Source: Prevotella sp.
GTDB lineage: Bacteria > Bacteroidota > Bacteroidia > Bacteroidales > Bacteroidaceae
Assembly (NCBI GenBank): GCA_017551005.1
Contig: JAFZNI010000339.1
Coordinates: forward strand, 1 to 63,464
DNA length: 63,464 nt
Direction of reading: 5' to 3'
The notes beneath the pieces are model-generated. The model did not search any database, had not been told where the DNA came from, and saw only the letters and a program-made list of their open reading frames with translations. Below are positions 8,764 through 22,500 of this stretch, piece after piece (position 1 is the stretch's first letter; each line of letters opens with the position of its first letter). Both the position numbers and the translations under genes were made by a program.

Positions 8764-9906
8764 GTGATTCAGATAAAGAAAGTTACCAATACCAAGCAAC
8801 TGGAGCAGTTCATCCAGTTCTTTTACGACCTGTATCGCGGCAATGACAATGCCGTGCCATACCTCTTTTCCGATGAGATGGCGACGCTGCGGCGCGACAA
8901 GAACCCCTCGTTTGAGTGCTGCGAGGCAGAATATTTCCTGGCCCTCAATAATAATAAGGTGGTGGGGCGCGTGGCGGCCATCATCAACCACCGCGCCAAC
9001 GAACGGTGGAACAGGAAAGCCGTCCGCTTCGGCTGGTTCGACTTCATCGATGACATCGAGGTGAGCACCGCCCTCCTGAAAGCCGTCGAGGACTGGGGGC
9101 GCGAGAAGGGCATGAACGAGATTGTCGGTCCGATGGGCTTCATCGATACCGACCGCGAGGGGATGCTCGTCGAGGGTTTCGATGAACTCTCCACGATGTA
9201 CGTCAACTACAACCACCCCTACTACGCGCAACACATGGAGCGCCTCAGCGGGTTTGTGAAAGACAACGACTACCTGGAATATAAGGTGAAGGTGCCGGAG
9301 GTGGTACCGGATAAGTTTGCGAAGACCACCCTACTGGTGCAGAAGCGCTACGGTCTCAGCGTGCATAAGTTCACCCGCCGCGAACTCGTCGACGAGGGTT
9401 GGGGGCGCGAGGTGTTCCATCTGTTGAACGCCACCTACAAAGATCTCTACGGCTTCTCCGAACTCTCGCAGCAGCAGATAGACAAACTCGTGAACGACTA
9501 TATCAAGATAGCCGACCTGAACCTCGTCACTGCCATCATGGACGGTGACAAGATGGTGGGTTTCGGCGTGACCTTCCCCTCGTTCTCACGGGCCTTGCAG
9601 AAGACACGCGACGGACGCTTCCTGCCCTTCGGCTGGTGGCACCTGTTGAAGATCCTGAAATGGCATAAGACGAACATCGTAGACCTGTTATTAATAGGTG
9701 TGCTGCCCGAGTACCGCAGCAAGGGTGCCAACGCCTTGATCTTCGACGACCTCATCCGTCAGTTCCAGATCTACGGTTTCGAGTGGGCCATCACCGGTCC
9801 GCAGATGGAGACCAACGAGGGTGTGCTCTCGCAGTGGCAGTACCTGGAGTCCATCCCCTACCGCCGCCACCGCTGCTATAAAAAAGACCTAGGAAAAGCC
9901 CCCTAA
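8764..9906 (+). CDS. GNAT-family N-acetyltransferase (YghO-like, two-domain)
   Basis: VVGRVAAIIN, RFGWFDFIDD, GPMGF.D.DREGMLVEGF, IGVLPEYRSKG. Start placed at GTG 8764. Confidence 0.8.
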   Translation: MIQIKKVTNTKQLEQFIQFFYDLYRGNDNAVPYLFSDEMATLRRDKNPSFECCEAEYFLALNNNKVVGRVAAIINHRANERWNRKAVRFGWFDFIDDIEVSTALLKAVEDWGREKGMNEIVGPMGFIDTDREGMLVEGFDELSTMYVNYNHPYYAQHMERLSGFVKDNDYLEYKVKVPEVVPDKFAKTTLLVQKRYGLSVHKFTRRELVDEGWGREVFHLLNATYKDLYGFSELSQQQIDKLVNDYIKIADLNLVTAIMDGDKMVGFGVTFPSFSRALQKTRDGRFLPFGWWHLLKILKWHKTNIVDLLLIGVLPEYRSKGANALIFDDLIRQFQIYGFEWAITGPQMETNEGVLSQWQYLESIPYRRHRCYKKDLGKAP

Positions 9907-10013
9907 ATTAGGGGGTGGGGGGTCTGAACAGGCGCAGACCCCTAGAATGTGTAAATATTTAATGGTTTGATAAACGCTTGTTCAAACCCCCATCCCCCTA
10001 ACTTAGGGGGCTT
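9896..10013. repeat. Inverted pair of 39-bp REP-like palindromic elements around a 40-bp core
   Basis: 9896-9934 and the reverse complement of 9975-10013 match at 34/39 positions; each contains CCCCCTAAnTTAGGGGG. Confidence 0.85.
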
Positions 10014-10017
10014 ATAT

Positions 10018-10482
10018 ATGGATATGACTTGGGATTTTATCTTGCGCATATTCGTGGCAGCGCTGTTGGGCGGTGCCATCGGTCTGGAACGTGAATACCG
10101 TGCCAAGGAGGCCGGTTTCCGCACCCATTTCCTCGTGGCCTTGGGCTCGGCCCTGTTTATGATTGTCTCCGCCTACGGCTTTGAGGGAGCCCTCGGTTCA
10201 CCGGAGCACCGCTGGGATGTGTCACGAGTGGCGGCACAGGTCGTCTCCGGCATCGGTTTCATCGGTGCAGGCACCATCATCTTCCAGAAGAACGAGAATG
10301 CCGTCCGCGGACTCACCACCGCCGCCGGTCTCTGGGTTACCGCCGCCATCGGTCTGGCCTGCGGAGGCGGACTCTACATCCTGGCCGCCTTTTCGACCAT
10401 CCTCGTCCTCGTTGGCCTCGAAGCCTTCAGGATCATCCTCAAGAAGTTCGACAAGAAACGCGAAAAATCGGACAAGCAATAA
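10018..10482 (+). CDS. MgtC/SapB family membrane protein
   Basis: GGAIGLERE, AGFRTHFLV, RVAAQVVSGIGFIGAG, GLTTAAGLW. Start moved to ATG 10018, outside the repeat. Confidence 0.93.
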   Translation: MDMTWDFILRIFVAALLGGAIGLEREYRAKEAGFRTHFLVALGSALFMIVSAYGFEGALGSPEHRWDVSRVAAQVVSGIGFIGAGTIIFQKNENAVRGLTTAAGLWVTAAIGLACGGGLYILAAFSTILVLVGLEAFRIILKKFDKKREKSDKQ

Positions 10483-10545
10483 CCTCAAAAGCGCAAACCG
10501 GACAAGCAATAACCTCAAAAGCGCAAACCGGACAAGCAATAATCT
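10469..10545 (+). repeat. 30-bp tandem repeat (~2.5 copies) containing the MgtC stop codon
   Basis: cggacaagcaataacctcaaaagcgcaaac at 10469 and 10499; partial third copy at 10529. Confidence 0.9.
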
Positions 10546-10574
10546 AAAAGCCCTGCCAGTCGGCAGGGCTTTTT
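10546..10574. terminator. Bidirectional intrinsic terminator between convergent genes
   Basis: aaaaGCCCTGCC-agtc-GGCAGGGCttttt. Confidence 0.88.
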
Positions 10575-10588
10575 GTTATTAGTCATCC

Positions 10589-13500
10589 TTACGGGTTAGA
10601 CGGCTCGCTACCACCACCGGATTCACCGCCACCAGTCGATGTTGCTGGGGCCTCTTTTCCGATGACAACGTTCGTGTTACCCGTCACCTCGGCAGCATTA
10701 CCACCGCCGTAGACGTTTCCACGAATGTCAACACCAAGGACGGGAAGATAGTAAATTGTATTGGCTTTAGCCTTACCGGATGCCTTAGTGTACACATACG
10801 GACTTGCTGTAGTACCGTCACCTGAGCGAGTGTAGTAGTTACTCACATCAGTCTCATCAGCAACGATACGCTCTAACTTCACATACGACTCAGTACCGAT
10901 GAGCACATTCGTATTGCCATTCACTTTAGCCGCATTACCGCCACCGAAGACATTACCGATGACACCGATCTTGTTCTTCTCGTGAGGATAGAGTTGAACC
11001 GGTTTACCGTCCAATGTCTTTGTTTCTCCGTCGTAGTCCTGTCCGCCACCATCAACCAAACCAACGTTGATGCTGACCGTCGGGTTACCGTTCACGACAG
11101 CATTCTCACCCCTACCGCCACCATAGATGGTACCGATACTGGTAAAGGCACGGACATTGACCCTCGGCGACTGGTAGTCAGCGCCGTAACTTGCAGGTAA
11201 AGTATATGGTGCTTCATTTCCACCGCCATAAAGTTCGCCGATAATGACAGGCGTACCACAAGTCGGACACTCTTCGATATTCACTTCGACATAGCCTTCA
11301 ATCTTACCATCTGACTTGTTACCGCCATACACATGTTCAAACTTACCGCTGGTGATCGTCAGACTGACATCGTTACCGACATCTGCCTTACGTGCTCCGG
11401 CATAGACTTCGCCAATCCAGGAGTCAGGCATACAACGCAGGACAATCTCTGCGCCACCCTCCATGACGGCCTCGTTTCCGCCACCATAGAGTTCACCGAC
11501 TTCCAATATATCACAAGGATCAATAGTCGCCCCTGTTTCGTCTGACGTCAGAGTCGTTATGGAAGCACCGTTACGGATATCACCCAAACTATTACTGCCG
11601 CCGAAGACACTATTGACCTTTCCGGCCTTCAGTTGAATGATGGCTATCTTTGTCTTATCATCTACTACATTTCCATCTACGACGCCAATACCGTATGGTG
11701 TTCCATCTGTACGGAAGCCGACATTAGCACCAGGATTCTTTGGTTCTCCTTCCTCGGTCTTACCATAGCCGCCACCGAACACCTTATCAATAATCTTAGT
11801 TCCGTTGATGAGCACATCCGTACCAGGTGTAGAAGCACCATAACCGCCACCATAGACCTCTTGGATGCTCGTCAGGTTACAGCCTTCGATGATGACTTCG
11901 GCACTCTGCCTTGCATCGGCAGGCACATAGTCAGCACTCTTACCACCGCCAAAGACAGACGTCACATCGTAACCATGCGAATGGCCAGCAGAAACCGTCT
12001 TAAACACATGTACTTTGGTGTGTCCCTTGGGCGTTCCGTTCACGTTGTTACAGCCGAATACGCTGCCCTTTACCACACAATTGTCACTGGCAGTCGTCTT
12101 GTTCAGTTCCACCGTAACGTCACCATAGACAAGAGCCGCAGTAGTGGCATCACCTAATCCGCCACCATAGACATTACGGTTGATAGTACCGTTATGCAGA
12201 TTGACGGCAGTGGTATATGTCGTAGAGGTATTCGTGTCATCGGCCCATGTATTAGTGGAAGTTTCCCAGTTTCCTTTGTTCGTGTCAGCAAGCGAACCGC
12301 CGCCATAGACATCTTCGGTCACCGTGCCACCGTTCATGTTGACCTCCACACTACCCAAGGTAATACCTCTTTCGCCACCACCAAAGACAGAACCATTGAC
12401 AGTGGCGTCTTCTGCGATGGTCACAATGGGATGGCTGGTCAATGCCAGCGTCTCCAAGAAGTCACGGTAAGCAGCCGCATCTGGATAATACCTCCAAATA
12501 TAGGTGGGATCATCTTCATAGGGACTCCACAAACTAGCATCACTTGGTGCGTTTGTAGCGAGTTGCATACTCTTGGACCTATTAACACCATCAGCCACAA
12601 AGGCAGGCGTGACACCCTTGCAGGCACCAAAGACGTTGTGTCCTGTGCCATCGGCTCCAATCTTAGCATGGTCTTGGATAGTGACGGTACATTTTCCACC
12701 GCTCAACGGTTTTGTCGGTAATCCTGCTGGAACTTCGAATCTTCCCACCGAAGCAATCTCACCACCGCCATAGACGCTACCTCCGACCAGAGCAACGCCT
12801 TGAACGGTAACCGTAGCGTCGCCACGTACCAGAGCGGAGTAGCCATGTGTCATGACACCTGCACCGGCACCGAAGACGTTGCCTATGATGTTAGGCTTGC
12901 TTCCTGTAACATTTTCATTTGCTGTTCCTATTGTCACAGTCGCATCATTCTCCACGCGGCCTACTTGACCACCGCCATAGACGGTACCTTTAATCGTGCC
13001 GTCAGTGATGGTGACATTGGTCTTGTATGCCATGGCTTTCTCACACCACCATGTGTCTTCAAGACCCTTGCCCGCACCATAGACATTACCATTAGCGTAT
13101 GTACCATCATCACTCACTGCGACACCAGTACCTATAGTACCGCCATTGATAGTGACATTACAAACGCCGGTGCTGTTCCACTCGTAATTTGTACCTGGGT
13201 TAGCCTCGTTGGTCCACTTATAATTGTAATCGGCACTCTTGACAATGGTACCCACGTCGCCCAACTGACCGCCGCCATAGACGTTGCCCTTAACCGTACC
13301 GTTATTGATGGTGACGGTAGCGTTGCCTCTCACTCGTCCGGCTTCAGCAAATGTTGCAAGACCGAGTCCGCCGCCAAAGACGTTGCCGCCAGCGCTTCCT
13401 GTTCCAATCGTACCACCTGCTATCGTTACAGAAGTGTTGTGCTGTACAAATCCACTCTCACTACCGCCATAGACACTACCATTGACTTGGGCGCTTCCAT

Positions 13501-16500
13501 CAACTTTAACTACGGACTGTGTGGTTAAGCCCAGCGTCTCAAGGAAGGTCTGATACTTAGGCTTGGTGTCGAAGTATTCCCAAACATACTTTTCGTTTGC
13601 ATCAGCAAATTCCCAGATAGAATGATTATCTTCAGTAAAGAGCGCTGTATTATAACTCATCATACGCTTAGGCCTATTAGTGTTATCTGCAAAGGTATAA
13701 TTCTCTGGCTCCTTTCCTTTTCCACCACCGAATACACTACCTGTAATCGCAGCATTGCCTTTGATGGTGACGTTACAGATACCTAATTCGTCGCTTACCA
13801 AAGAATATGGCATTCCTATTTCTAAATTCGATTCGGGATGATCCTGCTTATATTGAGCGTCAACAAGGTAATACTTACCCACTGCAGCAATCTGGCCACC
13901 ACCATAGACGTTATGTCCAACCTTGGCCTTACTCTGAACGGTGACATACGTGTTACCACGAACCAGCGCAGAGTAGCCGTGTGTCTTGACACCAGCGCCT
14001 CCACCGAATACGTTACCTTCGATAGTAGGTTCAGCATTTCCTGTATCTGGACCTATCTTCACTACGGCATCAGTCTCTACACGACCAACCTCGCCGCCGC
14101 CATAAACATTACCCTTCACATTACCAGCAGTGACGTTGACATTCGCTTTATAGACAACACCTTTCTCACACCAGAAGGTATCTTCCTTACCCTTACCGGC
14201 TCCGAACACATTACCATTAGCGTATGTGCCATCGGAACTCATCGCAGCACCAGAACCAATCGTACCACCGGCAATATTAACATTACAAACGCCTGTATTG
14301 TTGTAGGGATCGCCCCACGTAAACGTTCTCATGTCCGCAGAAACGGTATATTTACCCACTGAGCCTAACTCACCACCACCATAGACATTACCATACATGG
14401 TACCATTATTAATATAGAGTGTGGTGGTTCCCTTTACGAGGCCTGCTTCGGCAAATGAAACAAGACCTTTACCGCCGCCAAAGACGTTTCCGTCGGTAAC
14501 CGTGGGGTTGTCGCCCGTGGTCTTCGTTCCAATCACACAACTGCCCTGAGTGGTTACTTGAGTATGATCCTGTACGAAACCACTCTCACTACCACCATAG
14601 ACGTTCTTCTTTACCTTGGCATTTCCGTCGATGGTCACAACGGTATTGCTGGCTAAGGCCAACGTCTGGAGGAACTTAAGATAATCTGCCTCTGTTTTAT
14701 AATATTTCCAAACAAAGTTTTCATTCTTTGTTTGAGTGTCTTCATCGACATAATAATCCCAAGTATCGCCTTCGCTACCACTAGGTTTATTTGCAGCGGT
14801 CACCATACTCTTGAAATTCTTATAATCAGTTTGATTATATGCAGGCGTGACACCCATACCGGCACCAAAGACGTTGCCTGTTACTTCGGCACTGCCTTGT
14901 ACGGTGACGGTACATAATCCGCCACCTGTCGTTTCTACCGGTAAATCATTCTCAATTCTATATCTGCCCGCCGTAGCAATCTCACCACCGCCATAGACGC
15001 TGCCTCCTACACTGGCGTCGGCCTGTACGATGACAGTCGCATTGCCACGCACCAAAGCCGAGTAACCATGTGTCTTTTTGCCAGCACCGGCACCGAATAC
15101 ATTGCCATTGATAACGGGGGCACTTGTTCCAGACGTGAGACCTACTGTCACCGATGTGTTTTGTTCCACACGGCCTACTTCACCGCCGCCAAAGACGTCG
15201 CCTCTCATTGTGCCGTTACCTATTCTGACATTCGTATTGCCGACGATCATGGCTTTCTCGCACTTGAAGGTGTTTTCTTTACCCTTACCGCCACCAAATA
15301 CATCACCAGCAATAGTGACTCCACCACTACCTGCCTCAACACTCTGCCATATCGTTTCACTGTTTTCGGTCACTTCCTTGGCACAGATATTCACATTGGT
15401 ATTGCAATAGACAGCATTAGGATCAGGATTCTTGGTGTCATCATGCAGATAACCCACATCTGCCAGATTACCACCACCATACACATTTCCATGGATATAA
15501 GCACCCAGAACGGTTTGGTCTGCGCTATATTCATAGCCGTCATGTGTCGCATCTATCTTTGTCTTATCATAACTCAAGTGCAGTTTAACCGTTGTAGCCG
15601 TTCCGATATTGACTGTGGGGTTACCCATGACAGCAGCGGCATTACCACCGCCAAACACATCACCGATGATACCCAGATTTTGGGGATTGTCAGAAGCATT
15701 AATAGCCTTCGCTGTCATAACAGCAGGAACGCCTACGGTATTATCGTTGGCAAAGTGACCTGGAATCATATTGATATTCACAGTCGGGTTAGCATACATG
15801 GTACCACCTTCACCGTAACCACCGCCAAACACCTGATCAATGCGCGTACAAGAAACGACATTCAGCACAGGCTCATCGTATGGTGTGAACACATCCGTTC
15901 CTGTTCCTGAATAAACAGTCCAAGAGTTGTCTGCCCTATTATATGTTTTTACGACCTTGTGAGGATCATCCGCAGACGTTCTTGGCATAAAGGTAAGTCT
16001 TCCCTCCGTCAGGACTGGAGTCTCGCCTGGAGCGCCATATTCATCGTTTGTCTTTATATAATAGCCAAATCTTGAGTAAGCAGCATTGTTACCACCGAGA
16101 TAAAGTTCGTCAATGGTGATAGGTGTATCACAACCGCCGGTCTCCTCAATGTTCAGTTTGATATGTCCGAAGATGGCACCACCTTCGTTGTTACCACCAA
16201 ATACCTTACCGAAGTTACCGCTGGTAATAGTAAGTTCCACATTACCCTTGACGTTAGCGTTGTCAGCACCTGCGTAAAGAAGAGGCGTCTTGGTACTTGG
16301 CTTACAACCCATAATCATAATCAAGTCACCGTTCACATCAGCATTCTTACCTGCACCGACAAGTTTTTCTACATCCAAAGTACAAATACCGTCAGTATGA
16401 TCAGCACTGGATCCTACACCCATATCAATGGAAACAGAACCAAAAATCGTACCCTGCTCGTTACTACCACCGTATGCCTCGTGGATAAAACCACCAGTCA

Positions 16501-19500
16501 GCAAGGTTGTCGCATTTCCTGGATTCGTCGCATTACCAATATTGGCACCAGGGTTGTCGATCCAGTCAGTGCCATTGGTATATGGGTCTTTACCATTACC
16601 ACCACCGAACACCTCCTGTATTTCGTAAGCACCACGCACAAGGACATCCGTTCCGGGAACCTCAGCCGCATTACCGCCGCCATAGACATCTCGGATACTG
16701 ACATCACAAGTCTCGATTCTGACATACGCTTTCTTGCCTGCTGTTGTAAAGTCAGCCAAGTTACCACCGCCATAGACAGCAGCAACATGATACTTATGCT
16801 TCGACGCGTCACTACTCTTCAAATCACCCGAAGCGGTTTTAGGAGTATTACCTTCAACCGTCTTATAGACTGTCACCCTCACATCGCCCTGTGGCGAACC
16901 CATCAGGTTGTTACAGCCAAACACGCGACCACTCTTCACGATACCCACATGGCCAGCGTCTGTGTATTTAGTGACATTGAAAGCAGTGGCAGATGAACCG
17001 TCTTCCTTACCCAGTTTCACATTGATATCACCATAGACTACAGCAGCAATATCACTCGTAGCGCTATTGAAGCCAGTCTTCTGTCCCAGACCACCGCCGT
17101 ATGCATCACCACTGATGGTACCGCCAAGCAGGTTGACGGTAGTGGTATAAGGAACTGTCGAAGAAGTCTCCGTATTCGTATTGGCCAAAGCACCGCCGCC
17201 ATAGACATCGTGCTCAACGGTTCCCCCGTTGAGAGTGACATCCACACTACCATTGACGATACCGACCTCACCGCCACCGAAGACACTGCCATAGATAACA
17301 GGACTCTTCGCAGGAGTAGCATTCGCATTGACGGTTACGGAAGTAAACATCGATGTGGAGAACTTCGTCGCATCCAACGAAGCATCACCACGGCTACCAC
17401 CAAACACACGACCACCATAGACATAGTTTCCATTAGCATCGTAACTATTTGTATCACCTATGTTACCACCAGAGATGACTACCTCGTTAAGCGTCTGCTT
17501 ACCCACTCCATGACCCTCAGTTGTATCGCCCTTGCGATACTCAAAATAGTCTTGTCCTATCTTCGGTGCACCGACACTTGCCAGCGAACCACCTCCATAG
17601 ACATTACGGTGGATTGTTCCACCCTGGATATCAACCGTCGTGGAACCAGTCACAGAACCGGCAGAGGTACTCTTACCAGTTCCAGTTAGTTGAGTTCCTG
17701 TATAGCTGCTACTATATTGAATAACACTGGCGTTGTACTCACCGATACCCGAACCGGCACCATAGACGTTACCACGTGCCAGCCACTGGATATTATTGGG
17801 ATCATTACCCAAAGTACTAGTTGCGTCGAAAGTTTTACCTATTTCACCGCCCTTGATGGTCACAGAGGCATCACGACGGACGTGACCATCCATACCACCA
17901 CCATAGACTGAGCCGAGAATCTTGGTAGTAGAACCATCGATAGTTACTTCGGTTTCGTTGGCATAACCCATGAAGAACTCTGGACTATAGAGATAACTTG
18001 GTGTCACATCAAGGTCTGGCGCAGCCTCTCCTCGACAGCCACCGAATACGTTACCGTATGGCAGACTTGCTGGAGAATTATAAGGATACATACTATTCGA
18101 AGGAGTAGTTGTATCAATATAGCCGATGGTTCCACCGGTAATCTTCACCGTACACTTACCACTGCCTAGGAAGTCAGTATTCGACCAAAGATTATTTACC
18201 TTCTCGCCATAACCATCCGTAGAGTAGTCATCCGATCCACCAGCATAGTTACCCTTACCGACAGAGCCCATATTACCACCACCATAGATATTGCGCACCA
18301 CATAACCGCCGCTCATATTGACTTCGGTGTTACCAAACACCTTACCGGCCGTGATACTATAGACTTCGCGGTTATAGTAATCACTCGCAGTAGCAGATTC
18401 TTCTGTAGCACCAATCTTTAAAAGTCTTCCTTGGTACGTTCCCTTACCACTACCGCCTCCATAAACAGAGTGATAGATCAGACCTCCCAAAATGGTCATC
18501 TTAGTATCGCCCATCACGTGACCATCCTCACCACCGCCATAAACGGCACCAGCAACAAGGTCACCAGTACCAGTATATGCCTCTGGGGTGGATGTATATG
18601 CAATCTTCACATCCGTAGAACCGACGTTGGCACAGAACAGATAGTCTTTGAAGTCACCAGCCTGACCCTTACCGGCACCATACACATCACCATTGTCATC
18701 AAAACCAGTATCCGTGTCACCCGTTTTTAGACCAAGACGTCCGCCGGACACTTTAACATGCGTTGCACCAGGATAGCCATCTACATAATTAAACTTATAC
18801 GGCCAACTAAGGGCAAAACCAGTGGCTGGATCCCCATGCTTGACCATATTATCATAGTAATAAGTTGTGCCATCTATCGGGCCGATTGTCACTTCGTCAG
18901 CAGTGGGTTTCGTTGTTGAAGCCCTATAGTCAATGACACCCACAGAGGCCATCTCACCACCGCCATAGACGCTCTTTCTGATATAGCCACCGGCGATGTT
19001 GACGTATGTATTCTTACCCACACAGCCTGCAAACTGCATTGGTGTAAAGGCATAAGTATGAGACTCGTAGCTTGCAGGATTAGTTGGATCAGCAGTTGCT
19101 GATTTGAGTTCCGGAATCGTGAAGATGGTATAGTTCATGTCTTCACTTCCGTAACCGCCACCATAGACATCGCGCATTACGGTTGGAGAATCAGAATTCG
19201 ATGAGGTAACTGCTACGTTACCATCGTTATCTGCATCAGCAGTCTTATAACCGCCTATCGTCACGTATGCATTTTCACGAACCGTACCTAACTCACCACC
19301 GCCATAGACGCTTCTGCGAACTACTGCCGTGCCATAGATATTGACGTTAGTCTCCTTTACCTGAGCCATCTTAGGCCAGATGGGGTTACGTGTGCCATTC
19401 AAAAGGTTCAAACGTCCCATCGAACCACCGAAGACGTTTCCGCTATGCTCTATACCGTCTGGTAAAGGAGTAGTAGTAGAGTAATCTTTACCAATGGTAC

Positions 19501-22500
19501 CACCGCTGATATTAATGGTGACATGTCCATAGGTATTACTACCACTATCTTCCTTGAACTGACCGTATGCAGGATTGGGTCCTCCATTTTCCTTCGTTGG
19601 GAATTCAAACATGGTTCCCACAGAGGCCAGACGACCACCACCATAAACACTACCATACACACTACCGGCATTGATATTCACTCGGGCATTTCCACCGACC
19701 GTACCAGCAGTCTGTGCTTCACCACTGAATCCACGACCTCCACCAAACACGTTACCGTCGTTATATGATGTTCCCGTGGTACCAATAATCAATCCGTTAT
19801 TTTCGACATCTTTGGTTATCTCAACACCACTATTCTTACCGGTCTTTATTGTTACATTACCGATATTCGTCTCAGCATCGCCTATGACGTGGCCATCCTC
19901 ACCACCGCCAAAGATGGAGCCAAAGATATGGGCATCACCCGAAATGTTGACTTCGGTATTGATAACGTTTGTCCAGGTATTGAAGAAGATGCGCTGGTCA
20001 CCCTTACCGGCACCGAAGATGTTACCGACAACAGGGTGTTCTTGTTTTTCTGTATCCGTGCGAGGCACACCGACGGTACCGCCCGTCATATTGACGGTAC
20101 ACTTACCTCTTGCATTATTTGCCGCTGGTGTTGTCGTAGGCTGACCATTTTCATCCTTTTCGTACGTACCCACATCGGTATGCTCGTTACCGCCATAGAC
20201 AGAAGTCAGGATATGTCCTCCAGTAATAGTCACATAAGTGTCGCCACCCACTGAACCTGCTCCTCGGTGCCACAGGCCCGGTGCATATGGAATAGAACCA
20301 CTACCGCCGCCAAACACGTTGCCGTAGTAGGTATGGCCGTCCTTGGCTTCGGGCCGACCTCCATCTGAATCAATCTTACGGTCAACTGCTGGAACAAAAC
20401 CATAGTTTCCGTAATCGTAATTACCGCTCGTTGTAGCCAACGGGTCATAAGGTGCACCACTACTTGCATCATAGTCCCAGTGTGGACACTCTGCGAGTGA
20501 TGTTGAAGCCCAATCCTCAGTCGAATAGCGTCCCTTCGTCACACCTGCACCTTGGCCTATCTGACCACCTGCAATGTTTACGTGTGTATCGTGCTGCACG
20601 TGACCATTCATGCTACCACCATAGACAGAACCCTTGACAAAGGCGTTTCCACCAATAGTTACATTAGTCTCGGTGGCCAAAGCCAGCGTCTCAATATACT
20701 TAAAGTATTCTTTTTCGTAATTCGTGTAATTAGTAGAATTAAAGATATCCTTTTGGTCGTTAATACTTACGCGCCAAGGATCCGATATCCAATCATCAGC
20801 CGTCACTCCGTAACCATCATAAGGCAGTACACCCTTACCGGCACCAAAGACGTGACCCGTGTCATCAGGACCACCAACCTTCTTCATTTGCATCTCGGTT
20901 TCCGGTCCAATTTCTGCATTACCTTGTACGATGACGGTACAATATCCACTGCCACTATTAGCCAAAGAATACGGCATTCCTACCAGTACATCATCAGGTG
21001 CGCCTACGGGGTTATTATCTCCCTTCTTTACATTATATTTGCCTACCGAAGCAATCTCACCACCGCCATAGACGCTGCCTCTTACCTTGGCATCGCCCTC
21101 AATCGTAACCGTAGGATTACCGCGCAGCAAGGCTGAGTAGCCATGTGTCTTCTTACCCTTACCGGCACCAAACACATCGCCTAAGATGATAGGAGCACTT
21201 GCAGGTGTCGTATTACCTGCTCCAATTCCTACCGCTACCACAGAATTCCCTTCTACGCGGCCAACCTCACCGCCACCATAGACGGTACCGTTTACTGTGC
21301 CGTTACCAATGTGGATATTGGTTTCGCCAGTCACGATGGCTTTAGCGCATTTGAATGCGCCTGCACCACTCTCTGCTGCTTCACCTTCGCCACCGCCGAA
21401 CACATTACCAGCGATGAGCACCTTGGAAGTTCCTTCAGCAACACTTTCCCACGTCGTGTTGTACTTCGCACCGATGTTCACATAAGTGTTTCCAGCCACA
21501 TCTACATGGTCATTATCCACATCATATTGACCCACATCAGCCAACTGACCACCACCATAGACGTTGCTAACGATGTTGGCACCTAATACGTTGTAACGGT
21601 TGTTATCATTAGCCGTTTGTCCTACTGGTGTTGTTATAGGAGCCACTTCTGTTAAGGTACCTATATTCACCGTCGTATTTCCGATGACCGAAGCCTGGTT
21701 ACCACCGCCAAACACACCGCCATCGACGGTTTCACCATCCAGGGTATATTGGCCGCCTATTTCACCAAGCGTTGTTGCCTTAGCAGTATAACCACCGTTA
21801 CCATCAGACATTATACCATATATCTGGTTGATGTTCACTATTGGGTTACCATAGATCACAGCGGTAGAACCCAAACCACCGCCGAACACCTTACCGATTC
21901 GAGTACAGGAGATGATGTTCAACTCGGGATCAGCGTATGGAGCCTTTGTGTGGTCATTCTCAGAGTTATCACCAAAGTAAACAGCTGTATGAGTATCACT
22001 TGCTGATTGTCTTGCAACATATTTGGGCTTATCTGTTCCGTCGATAGTCCCATCCTGATAATAGCCATATACGGAATATGGAGCATTGTAGCCACCAAGA
22101 TAGAGTTCGTCAATCTTAATGGGACGGCAGCCGGTTTCCTCGATGTTCAGTTTGATATGGCCGAAGATGGCACCACTGGTGTTGTTGCCGCCAAACACCT
22201 TACGGAAGGTTCCACTCGTAATGGTAAGCTCCACGTCACCTTTCACGTTGGCATTCTCGGCACCACCATAGACCTCTTCTGTTGGATTCTCGTCACCAGG
22301 CATACAGCCAAGGGTCACAATCAGGTCTCCCTCGATATCGGCATTCTTACCGGCACCATATAATTTACCTAATCTTAGAGCGCAGTCAGGGTTAGTGTCA
22401 GTAGTTATAGAAACAGAGCCGGAGATTGTACCCTTCTCATTACTACCGCCGAAAGCTTCATGGATAGTACCGCCAGCCAACACGGTGTTAGCATCTCCAC

